Shown piece by piece: positions 38,453 to 49,091 of a stretch of 64,000 nt of DNA. The translations under genes and the position numbers were made by a program. The DNA comes from an uncultured Desulfobacula sp. Its GTDB lineage: Bacteria > Desulfobacterota > Desulfobacteria > Desulfobacterales > Desulfobacteraceae. Below the pieces are notes generated by a model that made no database searches, was not told the origin of the DNA, and saw only the letters and a list, made by a program, of their open reading frames with translations. Where the stretch lies: positions 2,658,588 through 2,722,587 of the forward strand of contig CAXXXR010000002.1 of NCBI GenBank assembly GCA_963674905.2, given 5' to 3'. Each line of letters opens with the position of its first letter. Positions within the stretch are counted from its first letter, which is position 1.

Positions 38453-39481
38453 TCAGGACAGGTGCTTGAAATACCATGGCGCGGCCTGGTCAAGCCCCTG
38501 GAGCACGGAGAATTGTGGATGGTACCCCAGAAGGGATTTTGCCTTTGAAATGTCGGCCAGAGAATGCTTCACGTCTCCGGGCCGAAAATCGCGATAGGTA
38601 GGGCTGACTTCGGCATGGTCATCCTTGAGAGCCTTCACCCGATCCTGGATATGGGTGAAAAGCTGGGTCAGGGTGGTTCTTTCGCCAAAGGCAACGTTGT
38701 AGACCTGGTTGAAAGCCTCCGGGTTTTCGGCTGTTGCCGCCATGATATTGGCCTGGACGCAATTGTCGATATAGCAGAAATCACGGCTGGTTGTCCCGTC
38801 CCCGTTGATAAAGATTTCTTCTCCGGCCATTAAGCCTGCAAACCACTTGGGGATGACCGCGGCATAAGCCCCGTCAGGGTCCTGGCGCTGGCCGAAGATA
38901 TTGAAATACCGGAGCCCCACCGGCCTGATTTTGTAACACCGGCAGAAGACATCGGCATACAGTTCGTTCACGTACTTTGTCACGGCATAGGGGGAGAGGG
39001 GCCGCCCTATGAGGTCTTCCTGCTTGGGCAGGCCGGGGTGATCCCCATAGGTGGAGCTTGATGCGGCATAGACAAAGGTTTCAACCTTCTGATCCCGGGC
39101 CGCCACCAGCATGTTTAGAAATCCGGTAAGATTGTTGTCATGGGTGAGTACGGGGTTTTCAAGGGAGCGGGGAACCGAACCCAGGGCCGCTTCGTGCAGG
39201 ACATAGTCGACATCCTGGCAGGCCTGGTTACAGGTATCCGCATCTCGGATATCTCCCCGGGTAAAAGAAAACCTGTCCCACTGGGCCGGGGTCACAAGGG
39301 CTTTTACCTGATCCAGGTTGTGCTGCCGGCCCGTGGAAAAATTATCAAGTCCCTTTACCTGCTGGTCGCAGGCCAGCAAAGTTTCCAGAAGGTTTGACCC
39401 GATAAATCCGGCCACGCCGGTTACCAGCCATTTTTTCGGAGAGGCTGCCAGGTCTTCCTTCACTTGGGCATAGTGTCGCAT
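38453..39481 (-). CDS. UDP-GlcNAc/GalNAc(A) C4-epimerase (WbpP/TviC-like SDR)
   Basis: [41 protein letters not shown] and [10 protein letters not shown]; ATG 39481 follows a GAGGTG RBS. Confidence 0.92.
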   Translation of the reverse strand: MRHYAQVKEDLAASPKKWLVTGVAGFIGSNLLETLLACDQQVKGLDNFSTGRQHNLDQVKALVTPAQWDRFSFTRGDIRDADTCNQACQDVDYVLHEAALGSVPRSLENPVLTHDNNLTGFLNMLVAARDQKVETFVYAASSSTYGDHPGLPKQEDLIGRPLSPYAVTKYVNELYADVFCRCYKIRPVGLRYFNIFGQRQDPDGAYAAVIPKWFAGLMAGEEIFINGDGTTSRDFCYIDNCVQANIMAATAENPEAFNQVYNVAFGERTTLTQLFTHIQDRVKALKDDHAEVSPTYRDFRPGDVKHSLADISKAKSLLGYHPQFSVLQGLDQAAPWYFKHLS

Positions 39482-39526
39482 ATCCACCTCATCTATGATT
39501 TCATAAAATAATGGATTACCATACAC

Positions 39527-39629
39527 GAGTTGCCTGGAAAAATAAAACTCAAAAAAGTCTGCTGGATATTTGCCGGTCCTTTTCATCAAGATCCTGTACG
39601 GAACGCCAATAAATCATTCACTGCAACTC
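39527..39629. mobile_element. Shorter relative of the 21505-21658 MITE
   Basis: Begins gagttgc and ends gcaactc; 39592-39629 matches the 21621-21658 right IR with about 4 substitutions; no target duplication seen. Confidence 0.55.
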
Positions 39630-39894
39630 TATCCCCCACCCTCTTTGGAAAAATTCGCTTCAGGTCTATCGCCAATTATAGTTTCATGGAGTATTGGTTT
39701 GTTCTGTTTTGTTTTTTTGATAAAGATTCACCATAGAAGCCGGTAAAATTAAGGATATATTTTGCTATTTCCAATTTTTTAATGTAACCTTCATTCAGAT
39801 AATTTTTGCAGTCCTCTACAATTTGCACAATTGAAAAAAATAGGGCAGCTTTCAAAGATGATGTCTCCTATCCTCTGAACGGGAAACGGTGGAT

Positions 39895-42800
39895 ATGAAA
39901 TTTTTAAATTCACTTTCAATAAACAAAAAGCTAACCTTATTGATCGTTTTTGCGGTTTTGCCCTGCCTTGCAATTCTTCTTTATTCCGGAATCGAACTGA
40001 GAAACCATCTTATAGAAGATGCCCGGTCAAATGTTGTGTTAATAAGCCATAACATGGCGTTGGCCCAGAAAGGGATGACACAATCTACACGACAAATTCT
40101 CTCTACCTTGTCTAAACTACCGTCAATTCAGTCCATGGATTCCAACGCCGGTTCCATTATTCTCAGGGCCGCGCTTGAACAGAATGACAGCTTTATCAAT
40201 ATTTCCCTGGTTGATCTCAACGGAGAGGTCCTGGCTTCGAGCCAACCGTTTACCGGCGTCAATCTTGCCGACCGTAAGCATGTGAAGGAAGCCCTGGAAA
40301 AAAATGAGTTTGCAGTTGGGGAATATATTGTTACCAGGATCGGGACAGCCATTCCGGCGTTTACTTTCGCCTTTCCGGTACGTGACAAAGAAGGCAGGCC
40401 CAAAGCTGTTTTAGCGGCTGCCGCCAAACTGGATATTTTCCACCAATTCTATGATGTTAGGACACTGCCTGGGAAATCTTTTGTAGCTGTGACCGATTAT
40501 AAGGGGTCCCGTTTATTTTACCATCCCGTTCAAAAAAATACCAATCCGGTTGGTAAGCCGATTCGAGCCGATGTCTGGGGTAAGGTCGAAAAAGGAGAAG
40601 AACATGGATTTTTCCTGGCGGCCGGTTCAGATGGCCTGCGTCGAATCGTTGCCTATGAGAAAGTTGCTCTCAACCAGGACTCCCCGCCCTATCTGTGTGT
40701 ATGGGCTGGCATTCCTGAAGCCTATATCCTCAAGGCTGCCAACGCCTCCCTGGTCCGGAATTTATTACTCATGCTCCTGGGGACGATGATATCTGTTTTC
40801 ATTGCCTGGGTGATCGGCAAAAACACATTGATCTCCCCCATACGAAGTCTTGTTTCTTTGACTCAAAAATTTGCCCAGGGGAACCTTGAGGCTCGCAGCG
40901 ACCTATCCGCCAATGCAAGTGAGATTGGAATGCTGACGTCGGCGTTTCACAATATGGCCGAATCCCTGACAAAGAGCAGGAAGACGCTTCAGGAAAAGGA
41001 GCAACGGTTCCGAAGCATTATTGAGGATGTATCAGAGATATCTATCCAGGGGTATAATGAAAACAGGGAGGTGATATTCTGGAATCATGCCAGTGAAAAA
41101 TTATATGGCTATACAAAAAAAGAAGCCATGGGAAGAAAACTTGAAGATTTGATTATCCCTCACCCAATGCGGGAAGAGATTAAAATGCTGCATCACCGGT
41201 GGATAAAATCCGGTGAAAAAATACCGGCAGGTGAAGTTGATTTAATCGATCAACATGGGGCTGTGGTGCCGGTTTATTCTTCCCATGTCCTCACCGAAAC
41301 AAACGATGGGAAAGAAATGTTTTGTATTGATCTTGACATGGGGCCGATCAAACAGGCGGAAGAGGCATTAAAAAGGAGTGAAGCCCTTTTCAAACTCATC
41401 ACCGGAAATACCAGTGCCCTTGTTTCTATCCATGATTCGGCCGGAAACTATATTTTTGCAAGCCCATCCCATGAAAGACTGGGATATAAGCCCGAGGACC
41501 TGATGGGTAAATCCGGAGGGACAATGATCCTGGAACAAGACATTGGCGCCCTATTGAAACAATTGGAAAAATTCCAGGAGCGGAAACTGTCCAGAGCTTT
41601 CCTTAATTATAGGATTCAAGATAAAAAAGGGGAAATTCATTATTATAGAGGCTCATTTGATGCTGTTTTTAAAACCGATGGTTCAATGGAAAGGATTGTT
41701 TGTGTAGGAGAAGACATTACTGAATTGCGCAAGGCCCAGTCTGAAAAAGAAAAAGCCTATTCCCTGGCAGCGGAAAGCGAAAAACTCGCCCTGGTCGGTC
41801 GGGTTGCGGGAAAAATGGCCCATGACTTTAACAATATTCTTGGGGTCATCATGGGCAATGCCGAACTGGCACTGCTTGACTGCCGGGACGATGGAACAAA
41901 AAAGACACTGGAATTGATATACAATCAAACCATTCGTGGAAAAAATCTGACGAAAAACCTGGTGGCATTTGCCAGGGATCAGGAACCCAAGCAGGAATTT
42001 TTTAAAATCGATGAGAAAATGGATCTTGTCATAACCCTTTTAAAAAAGGACATGGAAGGTATTGCCGTCACCAGAGAATACAGCCATGATGTGCCGGAGA
42101 TCCTGGCAGACCCCGGAATGATAGAGCATGCAATTGTAAATCTTGTTCAAAATTCAATTCATGCAACAAGCCTGGTTGAACAGCCCAAAATCATCATTCG
42201 GACCTTTCAACAGGATGGACGGATTTTTATTGAAATTGAAGACAACGGATGTGGTATTCCCCTGGAGTTTCTTGGGGATATTTTTGAACCCTCCTTTACA
42301 CTGAAAGGCAGTAAAGATAAGGCAGGCAGGTATAAACCAGGCATTAAGGGAACCGGGTACGGCATGGCCAATGTGAAGAAATATGTTGAACAGCACAAAG
42401 GGCTTATCTCTATTCATTCTGAACTGAACAAGGGTACAAAAGTTACCATCAGCCTGCCCGTAATAAGAAAAGAATTGTCCGTTAATGAAATCGAAGCAGT
42501 TAAACAGGAAAAAATCTGTTTTGAAAAGTATATTCTGCTTGTTGAAGACGAACAGGCCATCTCCGATGTCCAGTACAGGATACTAACCCATGAGCCCTGC
42601 AATCATAAGGTGGATATCGCCGGTAACGGACAGGTTGCCATGGATTTATTGGACAGAAATAAATATGACCTCATCAGTCTGGACTATATCCTCCCGGCAG
42701 GATTTAACGGTATGGACATATATCATCATGTCCGGGAAACGGACAAAACCATTCCAATACTTTTTATTTCCGGGAACATAGAATTTTTAGAGTCCATTAA

Positions 42801-42906
42801 AGACCTAAAACAGAAAGATCCATATATCGATCATCTGTCAAAGCCCTGCATGAATATTGACTATTTAAATAGTATCAATACATTGCTGGAAAAGTTGACA
42901 GGTTAA
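39895..42906 (+). CDS. Hybrid sensor histidine kinase (TM-dCache-TM-HAMP-PAS-PAS-HisKA-HATPase-REC)
   Basis: AHDFNN H-box, NLVQNS, DNGCGI, FEPSFT and GTGYG; C-terminal LLVEDE...LISLDY receiver domain. Confidence 0.92.
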   Translation: MKFLNSLSINKKLTLLIVFAVLPCLAILLYSGIELRNHLIEDARSNVVLISHNMALAQKGMTQSTRQILSTLSKLPSIQSMDSNAGSIILRAALEQNDSFINISLVDLNGEVLASSQPFTGVNLADRKHVKEALEKNEFAVGEYIVTRIGTAIPAFTFAFPVRDKEGRPKAVLAAAAKLDIFHQFYDVRTLPGKSFVAVTDYKGSRLFYHPVQKNTNPVGKPIRADVWGKVEKGEEHGFFLAAGSDGLRRIVAYEKVALNQDSPPYLCVWAGIPEAYILKAANASLVRNLLLMLLGTMISVFIAWVIGKNTLISPIRSLVSLTQKFAQGNLEARSDLSANASEIGMLTSAFHNMAESLTKSRKTLQEKEQRFRSIIEDVSEISIQGYNENREVIFWNHASEKLYGYTKKEAMGRKLEDLIIPHPMREEIKMLHHRWIKSGEKIPAGEVDLIDQHGAVVPVYSSHVLTETNDGKEMFCIDLDMGPIKQAEEALKRSEALFKLITGNTSALVSIHDSAGNYIFASPSHERLGYKPEDLMGKSGGTMILEQDIGALLKQLEKFQERKLSRAFLNYRIQDKKGEIHYYRGSFDAVFKTDGSMERIVCVGEDITELRKAQSEKEKAYSLAAESEKLALVGRVAGKMAHDFNNILGVIMGNAELALLDCRDDGTKKTLELIYNQTIRGKNLTKNLVAFARDQEPKQEFFKIDEKMDLVITLLKKDMEGIAVTREYSHDVPEILADPGMIEHAIVNLVQNSIHATSLVEQPKIIIRTFQQDGRIFIEIEDNGCGIPLEFLGDIFEPSFTLKGSKDKAGRYKPGIKGTGYGMANVKKYVEQHKGLISIHSELNKGTKVTISLPVIRKELSVNEIEAVKQEKICFEKYILLVEDEQAISDVQYRILTHEPCNHKVDIAGNGQVAMDLLDRNKYDLISLDYILPAGFNGMDIYHHVRETDKTIPILFISGNIEFLESIKDLKQKDPYIDHLSKPCMNIDYLNSINTLLEKLTG

Positions 42907-42971
42907 TTTTTTTCCTTTTAATTTATTCACGAAGCGTCGCTAAAAGATTGAGTCGTGAAACGGCTCATGTG

Positions 42972-44120
42972 TTATAACTCGTTAATCAACCGGCAATACA
43001 TTTGACACGCCTCTTCTATCTGCCGGACAGCGCATCGTTCATTTTTCATATGTGCCAGCTTATATTCACCCGGTCCAAATCCAATACAGGGGATGCCCAT
43101 TGAAACCGGCGTGACCGCATTTGTGCTGAAATCCCAAAAATCAAAACATTCAGGCCCATGATTATAAACCTTATGATATGCTTTTATCGCAGCCCTGGTA
43201 AGTGGATGGTCTTCATCGATTTTCCAGGGGGCATGCATGGGCTCATACACCAACTCAGTGCCGGTCCAGCTTGTCCGGTGCAGTGTGCCGACCTTCCAGG
43301 AGGCATTTTTTCCTTTTATCAGGGACATCATCTCCTCTGTTACCCCTTCCAGGGTTTCACCGAGTGCCAATCTGCGATCAAGATAAATCGTGCATTCACT
43401 CGGAACCGCATTTAATGAAACATTGGCACAGGAAATATCGGACAGGACTATGGTGCCGTGGGGTTCATCTTCCTTGTATAGTGATTTGTTTAACGCCTGG
43501 ACTCTTGAAATTATCTCTGCCATTTCATACACCGCATTCAACCCTTTCTCAGGCGCAGAACCGTGAGCAGCGACACCATGCGAAATTATACAAATTTGTG
43601 CTTTTCCTTTATGGCCAAGAGTGATGATGTTGTTGCTCGGTTCACAGATGATGCAGTAATTCGGCTTTAACGACAGTTCTTTATAAAGGTGTCTAAGGTT
43701 TTCACCGTCGCAATATTCTTCACAGACTGTTCCTGTTACATAAAGGGTTTTCCCTTCAATAAACCCATTGTCCCTTGCCAGAGCGGCACCGTAAATACTT
43801 GCACACAATGCTGATTTCATATCGACACTGCCGCGTCCCCATAGATAACCTTCCGCTATTTCTCCTGAAAAAGGAGAGAATTGCCATTCTTCAGCGTCAT
43901 GTACCTGGACCGTATCCATATGAGAGTCAAACTGGATAATCACCGGGCCGTTTCCAATTCGCCCAATTATATTGCCGGTGGAGTCTGTAAATACCTCATC
44001 ATAATTCAGCTTTTTCATCTCATTTAAAAAAATGTTTGCAACCGCCTCTTCTTCATTGGAGTAGCTTCTTGTCTGCACCGCCCTTTGGGTGAATCTGATC
44101 AGTTCCTGAATCTTAAGCAT
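42972..44120 (-). CDS. M20 metallohydrolase, YgeY-like
   Basis: DSHMDTV, WGRGSVDMK, TVCEEYCDG, GHKGK, AHGSAPE.G.NA and FSTN...GIPCIGFGPG. Confidence 0.85.
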   Translation of the reverse strand: MLKIQELIRFTQRAVQTRSYSNEEEAVANIFLNEMKKLNYDEVFTDSTGNIIGRIGNGPVIIQFDSHMDTVQVHDAEEWQFSPFSGEIAEGYLWGRGSVDMKSALCASIYGAALARDNGFIEGKTLYVTGTVCEEYCDGENLRHLYKELSLKPNYCIICEPSNNIITLGHKGKAQICIISHGVAAHGSAPEKGLNAVYEMAEIISRVQALNKSLYKEDEPHGTIVLSDISCANVSLNAVPSECTIYLDRRLALGETLEGVTEEMMSLIKGKNASWKVGTLHRTSWTGTELVYEPMHAPWKIDEDHPLTRAAIKAYHKVYNHGPECFDFWDFSTNAVTPVSMGIPCIGFGPGEYKLAHMKNERCAVRQIEEACQMYCRLINEL

Positions 44121-44184
44121 CTGAAATTTCTCCTTTTGTACTGAACAATCATTAACAGTCCCTAAAATATTTAAACCAATTGGC

Positions 44185-45876
44185 TTATTCCAAAAGCCAG
44201 GACTCGTGGTTGTAAATGCTTAAGAGAGCCGGGTGCAGCAGGGTATTGATCAAGGTGTTGTCAGTTGTCAGTTCACCTTTGCCGAAAACAAGTTCGCTTT
44301 TAAACACTTCCGGGGTGATAAACCGGGTGTCCACTTTGATTTCCATCCGGTCGATTCTGTCCATGATCTTTTCCTGTTTGGACTTTTTTTGTGTGGTCTG
44401 GGGGTGCCAGGCCAGGAACCATCCCCAGTCCCCAAAGCTGGGCACGTTTTCGTGGAAGGGAAGGATGGCGAGACCGGCGCTCTGGATGGTCCTGCCGATG
44501 CATAGAAAACTTTCCCTGGCAAGGTAGGGGGAGGTTGCCTGGACCACCATGAGTCCGTTTTGGGACAGGTGCAGCCTGACTTTTTTGTAAAACTGGGTGG
44601 CGTACAGCTTGGTCAGCTCGGGTGTGGACGGGTCGGGCATGTCGATGATGATTACATCCCAGGCCCCGGGCACCTGGCTTAAAAATTTATCTGCATCCAC
44701 ATTCATAATTTTGACGTCGGCAAGTTTTTGGGTCACAGGATGCCGGGTGTGGGGGTCTTTTCTGGGGGTGTCCATGTAGAGCTGTTTGTCGTCACCCGGG
44801 GCAACCCCCTGGCCTGTGGACACCACAACCCGGGCATCTTTGAACGCACCCTGGTTGATTCTTGCCAGAACCGGGTGGGTTCGGGCAAGGGTTGTCATTT
44901 CAGGATCAAGGTCCACCAGGAGCACCTGCTGTACCGCCTCATACTTTAAGACTTCCCTTAAGACGCAGCCGTCACCCCCGCCCAGGATGAGAACCCGTGA
45001 CTTGATTGGGGCAAGATTCATGACCGGGTGGACCATGGGTTCGTGGTAGCGCTGCTCATCCGTGCTGCAGTACTGGAGGTTCCCGTTCAAAAAGAGCCGG
45101 ACCTCGTCAAAGGGCTTGTAATGGGTGATAACGATGTGCTGGTATTGGGTGGTTTGACTTAAGATAATGGGATCATCGTAAAGAGGCTGCTCGATCTTGA
45201 TGTTCCACTCCCGGTTGTTCATAAACCCGTAGGATACGGCGCAGAAAACCGTGACCATGACAACGGGGATAAGCACCCCCTTTTGAATCAGGCCTTTATT
45301 TGAAAAATAGACAAAGGTGACAAAGGCCAGGGAAAAATTGACCCCGGCGGTGAGAAAGGCTGCCTCGGTAATAGGGAGGTATCTTAAGAGGATGAACACG
45401 TAGACCAGTGCCCCGGCCAGGCTTCCGATGTAATCGGCACTCAGGATGTTTCCCAGGTTGGTGGACAGTTCTTTGCTGAAGTCATTGTTGATCCGGATGA
45501 TCACGGGGATCTCAAGCCCAATCATGATCCCGATGAAAGAAACGAAAAAATAGAGGACCAGGCTGTAATGGGCCGTATATCCATAGGCGATATAGGTGAG
45601 GGTGGGTGAAAACCCGCCGGCCAGGGAAAGTCCGGTTTCAACCCCGATAAAGGCATAGATGAGGTGCTTTTTTTTGATCTGTGCCTGGATCAGGCTGCCG
45701 AATCCCATCCAGAACAGCATCAGCCCGATCACCATGGCCCATTGTTCAAAAGAGTTGCCCAGGATCATGGAGGCCAGGCTTGCCTGGATATATTCAAGAA
45801 TGATCCCGCAGGCCCCGCTGGCAAACATGCAGGCGCAGAGCAGGATCGAGGCAAAACTTGTTTTGGGGCGGCTCAT
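44185..45876 (-). CDS. speE: Membrane-bound polyamine aminopropyltransferase (multi-TM + spermidine-synthase domain)
   Basis: About 7 N-terminal TM helices; TQYQHIV, LFLNGNLQ..S.DE.RYHE, LGGGDG, VDLDP, DAD and IIDMPDP. Confidence 0.88.
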   Translation of the reverse strand: MSRPKTSFASILLCACMFASGACGIILEYIQASLASMILGNSFEQWAMVIGLMLFWMGFGSLIQAQIKKKHLIYAFIGVETGLSLAGGFSPTLTYIAYGYTAHYSLVLYFFVSFIGIMIGLEIPVIIRINNDFSKELSTNLGNILSADYIGSLAGALVYVFILLRYLPITEAAFLTAGVNFSLAFVTFVYFSNKGLIQKGVLIPVVMVTVFCAVSYGFMNNREWNIKIEQPLYDDPIILSQTTQYQHIVITHYKPFDEVRLFLNGNLQYCSTDEQRYHEPMVHPVMNLAPIKSRVLILGGGDGCVLREVLKYEAVQQVLLVDLDPEMTTLARTHPVLARINQGAFKDARVVVSTGQGVAPGDDKQLYMDTPRKDPHTRHPVTQKLADVKIMNVDADKFLSQVPGAWDVIIIDMPDPSTPELTKLYATQFYKKVRLHLSQNGLMVVQATSPYLARESFLCIGRTIQSAGLAILPFHENVPSFGDWGWFLAWHPQTTQKKSKQEKIMDRIDRMEIKVDTRFITPEVFKSELVFGKGELTTDNTLINTLLHPALLSIYNHESWLLE

Positions 45877-45879
45877 TTT

Positions 45880-46770
45880 TTACATGGAAAAGGCGATGAT
45901 GACGGCCACGGCATTAATGGCGCTTTCCACCAGGACCATGGCGGCAACGTTCCGGTCCTGTTCGATCTCCACGGCAATATTGGTGGTGGGTAGCAAAATC
46001 CGGTCCACCACCATCCTGAAGATCAGGAGCATGACAATGCCGTAGATCGTATACACGGCAAAACCGGCCACATCCCTGCCCCAGCCGGTAAAGGGCCCGG
46101 AAATACTGGCCATGAGAATAATTCCCAGGGCAATGAGGATCCCGCCCAGCCCGATGCCGGCGGCAAGATTGTTTTTCTTGATCTCATTTCTCACGTTAAA
46201 GGGGGTGATCAGTTCGTAGAGGAATCCAAAGACCAGAAGGGCCACCTGACCCAGAATAAAAAAGAGGCCGGCACTGAGGATGCCCTGGACAAAGGTGCCG
46301 CCGCCGCCGGATACGGCCCCGTTTAAAATAAATCCCGTGGCAATGTACATGCCCGCTTCCACCACGCCCACGGCGGTATTGCCGACCTTCCGGGTCCCGT
46401 CGGGCTGAATGAAGGTCTTGATGCATTCCTGGTCATTGTTGATATTGCCCAGCATGATATAATCGTTGATAAAGCGGGAGGAAAACATGAACCCCGTGAT
46501 AATCAGGCCGTCAATCAACAATTGGATGATGTCCAGGAAAAAGCCCCGGGAAGATCCGCCCATGGCACCGGACAATGCAATGGCGATCCCGAGATAGAGT
46601 CCGGCCCGTCTCAGTCCCACGGCAAGATTTCCATCGTCGATATGGCGATCATCATCAAAGTCTTTTGTGCGCCGGTCATCCAGGAGTTTGACCAGCCAGA
46701 TGAAGGCGATTCCCAGGACAACATAGATAAACCCCTGACCGAGACCTGCAAGTGTTATACCGATATTCAT
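45880..46770 (-). CDS. Tandem DUF350 membrane protein
   Basis: Two repeats of ...I..GN.AVG/NLAAGI... plus DRNVAA, all hydrophobic helices. Confidence 0.8.
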   Translation of the reverse strand: MNIGITLAGLGQGFIYVVLGIAFIWLVKLLDDRRTKDFDDDRHIDDGNLAVGLRRAGLYLGIAIALSGAMGGSSRGFFLDIIQLLIDGLIITGFMFSSRFINDYIMLGNINNDQECIKTFIQPDGTRKVGNTAVGVVEAGMYIATGFILNGAVSGGGGTFVQGILSAGLFFILGQVALLVFGFLYELITPFNVRNEIKKNNLAAGIGLGGILIALGIILMASISGPFTGWGRDVAGFAVYTIYGIVMLLIFRMVVDRILLPTTNIAVEIEQDRNVAAMVLVESAINAVAVIIAFSM

Positions 46771-46791
46771 TCTTTTCTCCTTAACATTTTT

Positions 46792-48417
46792 CTATTTACC
46801 TTTATTGTTCGGTCCGCCGCCCCGGAGGCCGGAAGCGGCACCCCGGACGGAAGCGGTCTGGGATCTGAACCCCCCGGTCCTTGCAAAATTCGAACTTTGA
46901 AATCCAGGGGATTGTTTGACTGCCGTGCCCGAGGTTCCATACTGCTGGAACCCGTTCTGGGTTTTACCGAAATAGGGCCGGCTGTTTCGATAGCCGCTGT
47001 TCCACCCGTTCCAGGAATTATACCCGTAATAGGAGGGCCGGGAATTGAAGAGCATTGAAAACAGGGCATATTTGCCATACCAGGACCAGAAGGAATTGCC
47101 TGAACTGTCCGTTTTCCACTCCCCGTATTTGTCGTTGCCCACATAGGCCATGCCCGGGGGAGCCGCCTGGACGTCCCGGTCTTCTTCAAACACCCCATAG
47201 GGCTTGGCCAGGATGGCCATACCGAGATATTCAAAATTGGCATCATAAACGTCCGGCTCCACCGGTTCCCAGTCCGTCTCCCGGGTCTCGCCCTCCTGTT
47301 CCAACAGATACTTATGAAAATAGGCTTCCCTTGAGTCTTCTACCCAGAACGCGGCGGCATTGTGCCCTCTTCCCGGCCAGTGTTCAGCCGGGTTTATGGC
47401 CAGCTCTTTCCACCGATCCCCGATTTTGCTTGAAAATTTTGATCCGGTAAATCCCGCGGTGATGGTGGCGATGGTGTCCAGATCCTCTGCAATCAGGGCC
47501 TCGTAAAGTTCAGGACTGACCTGGCGCTGGTAGGTGGCAAATCTGGGGTCGTAATAATCGGAGTTTTCATCCCAGGACTCTCTTTTGATGGTGACAAAAT
47601 AGTCTTCCTTCATATCCTTGAGGATCTTGGTGTAGCTGGTATAGAGCTGGGCCATTTGTTTGGAAAAGGTTTTTTCATGTTCCAGGGCCTGTTTAAGCCC
47701 TGCATCAAGGGCCTGGGTGCTGTCGGCAAATGCGGCATAGTCCGGGTCTGATCCTGACCTGTGGTTGGCGTATTGGGTTTTCACCACAGTGGAATGGTTT
47801 CGGGACTGGCTGTCAAGTTTTGACAGGGGCGCAAACCGGGCATTGATTTTGTCGCTTAACCCTGGAAAGTCTGCCAGGGCTTTTGCCATGACATTGTTTT
47901 GTATCTCCTCAGCAATTTTCCGGATCTGTCGCGCATGGGTCTCTGCCCGGGGTGCCAGGGCGTCTGCGTTCTGAATACTGTCTCTTATTAAAGTATACCG
48001 GGACATGGGTGCCCGGGCCAGGTCTTCCCCATCCTGGATCACACCTTGAATCCGGGTGATCTGCTGTTTGACCTGGGCCGCAAGTTCGGGTGTGTTCTTT
48101 TTGACCAGAGGTTTCAGGTCCTGGTCGTAGAGTGATCCTGCCCGTGAAAGCTCATCCCGGGCTTCTTGGAATTTTTGGGTCCAGTTTTCCTTCGCCGCAT
48201 AGGATTCAACCGCCTTGAATTCAGATGTTTTTGCAAGGCTCTTGTACCGGTCCTCTTGTACGTCCACCCGGGAGCCGGCCTCCTTGACAATCTGGGGAAC
48301 CGCCCTGGCTTTATCCCTGAGGTCCCCGGGAAGACCCGGGCCACATCCCGTTAAAAACAGCAGTCCTGCCACGGCCATTCCTGCCACAAGGGTCTTGACC
48401 GGATAATTTTTGATCAT
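46792..48417 (-). CDS. Hypothetical lipoprotein with helical N-half and Gly/Ser/aromatic-rich tail ending RGGGPNNKGK
   Basis: Lipobox LTGC; YVGNDKYGEW..DSSGNSFW.WYG.Y motif; low-complexity C-terminus. Confidence 0.8.
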   Translation of the reverse strand: MIKNYPVKTLVAGMAVAGLLFLTGCGPGLPGDLRDKARAVPQIVKEAGSRVDVQEDRYKSLAKTSEFKAVESYAAKENWTQKFQEARDELSRAGSLYDQDLKPLVKKNTPELAAQVKQQITRIQGVIQDGEDLARAPMSRYTLIRDSIQNADALAPRAETHARQIRKIAEEIQNNVMAKALADFPGLSDKINARFAPLSKLDSQSRNHSTVVKTQYANHRSGSDPDYAAFADSTQALDAGLKQALEHEKTFSKQMAQLYTSYTKILKDMKEDYFVTIKRESWDENSDYYDPRFATYQRQVSPELYEALIAEDLDTIATITAGFTGSKFSSKIGDRWKELAINPAEHWPGRGHNAAAFWVEDSREAYFHKYLLEQEGETRETDWEPVEPDVYDANFEYLGMAILAKPYGVFEEDRDVQAAPPGMAYVGNDKYGEWKTDSSGNSFWSWYGKYALFSMLFNSRPSYYGYNSWNGWNSGYRNSRPYFGKTQNGFQQYGTSGTAVKQSPGFQSSNFARTGGFRSQTASVRGAASGLRGGGPNNKGK

Positions 48418-48419
48418 CC

Positions 48420-49052
48420 TTATTGATCTCCTTTGCTGATAATGGTGACTGCGCCCGGTTCAACAGGAGTTGAGGTGTAGATCCGGTACTCATCCCTGCC
48501 CGATCCAGACCACTCCTCAACCGTGAGAAATTTCGTATGGCTTTCATTTTCAAATTCATACATATAGACTTTTTCTCTTCTGTCCCCCCGAAGGTATATG
48601 GCGGCCCAGTCATCCTCATACCAGAAGTTTTCCCCGGCAAGGACGATCACATCCTTGTCATCGGCAATCTGGTCAAGGTCATCTTCATCTATGGCCTGTC
48701 CCCCGTCATCTTTTAAATCCCTGAAGGAGAGACGTTCAAGGGTCATGGAGATTTCAAGTTCATCATCAAATTCCCACTCAAGGTGAACGCTTTTTCCGGT
48801 GTCCAGGCAGAGGCAGGTGAGTTCATGGATGAAATACCCCTGTCCGGTTTTAAAATCATCCGAGAACTCTTCGTATGTATTGATGTCCGTGACAACATAG
48901 GTCTGGCCGTGGCAGTCGAAAAACGATTGGACCCCGGCATCTCTGATGTCCAGTCTTGATGCCTCCTGCCCTGAAACAAGGTCTGCTTGTTTCAGGCTCC
49001 GGATGGCTGTGATTCTTGACTGAAAAGATTTTTGTGTGGCCGCGTCAAGCAT
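48420..49052 (-). CDS. DUF4178-like protein
   Basis: Beta-rich and acidic; LEWE.DDELE, YMYEF, FLTVEEW and Y.STPVEP..VTI. Confidence 0.65.
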   Translation of the reverse strand: MLDAATQKSFQSRITAIRSLKQADLVSGQEASRLDIRDAGVQSFFDCHGQTYVVTDINTYEEFSDDFKTGQGYFIHELTCLCLDTGKSVHLEWEFDDELEISMTLERLSFRDLKDDGGQAIDEDDLDQIADDKDVIVLAGENFWYEDDWAAIYLRGDRREKVYMYEFENESHTKFLTVEEWSGSGRDEYRIYTSTPVEPGAVTIISKGDQ

Positions 49053-49091
49053 GGAATGCCTCCATTGGTTTAGTGGGTTTGGCCGGCAACA

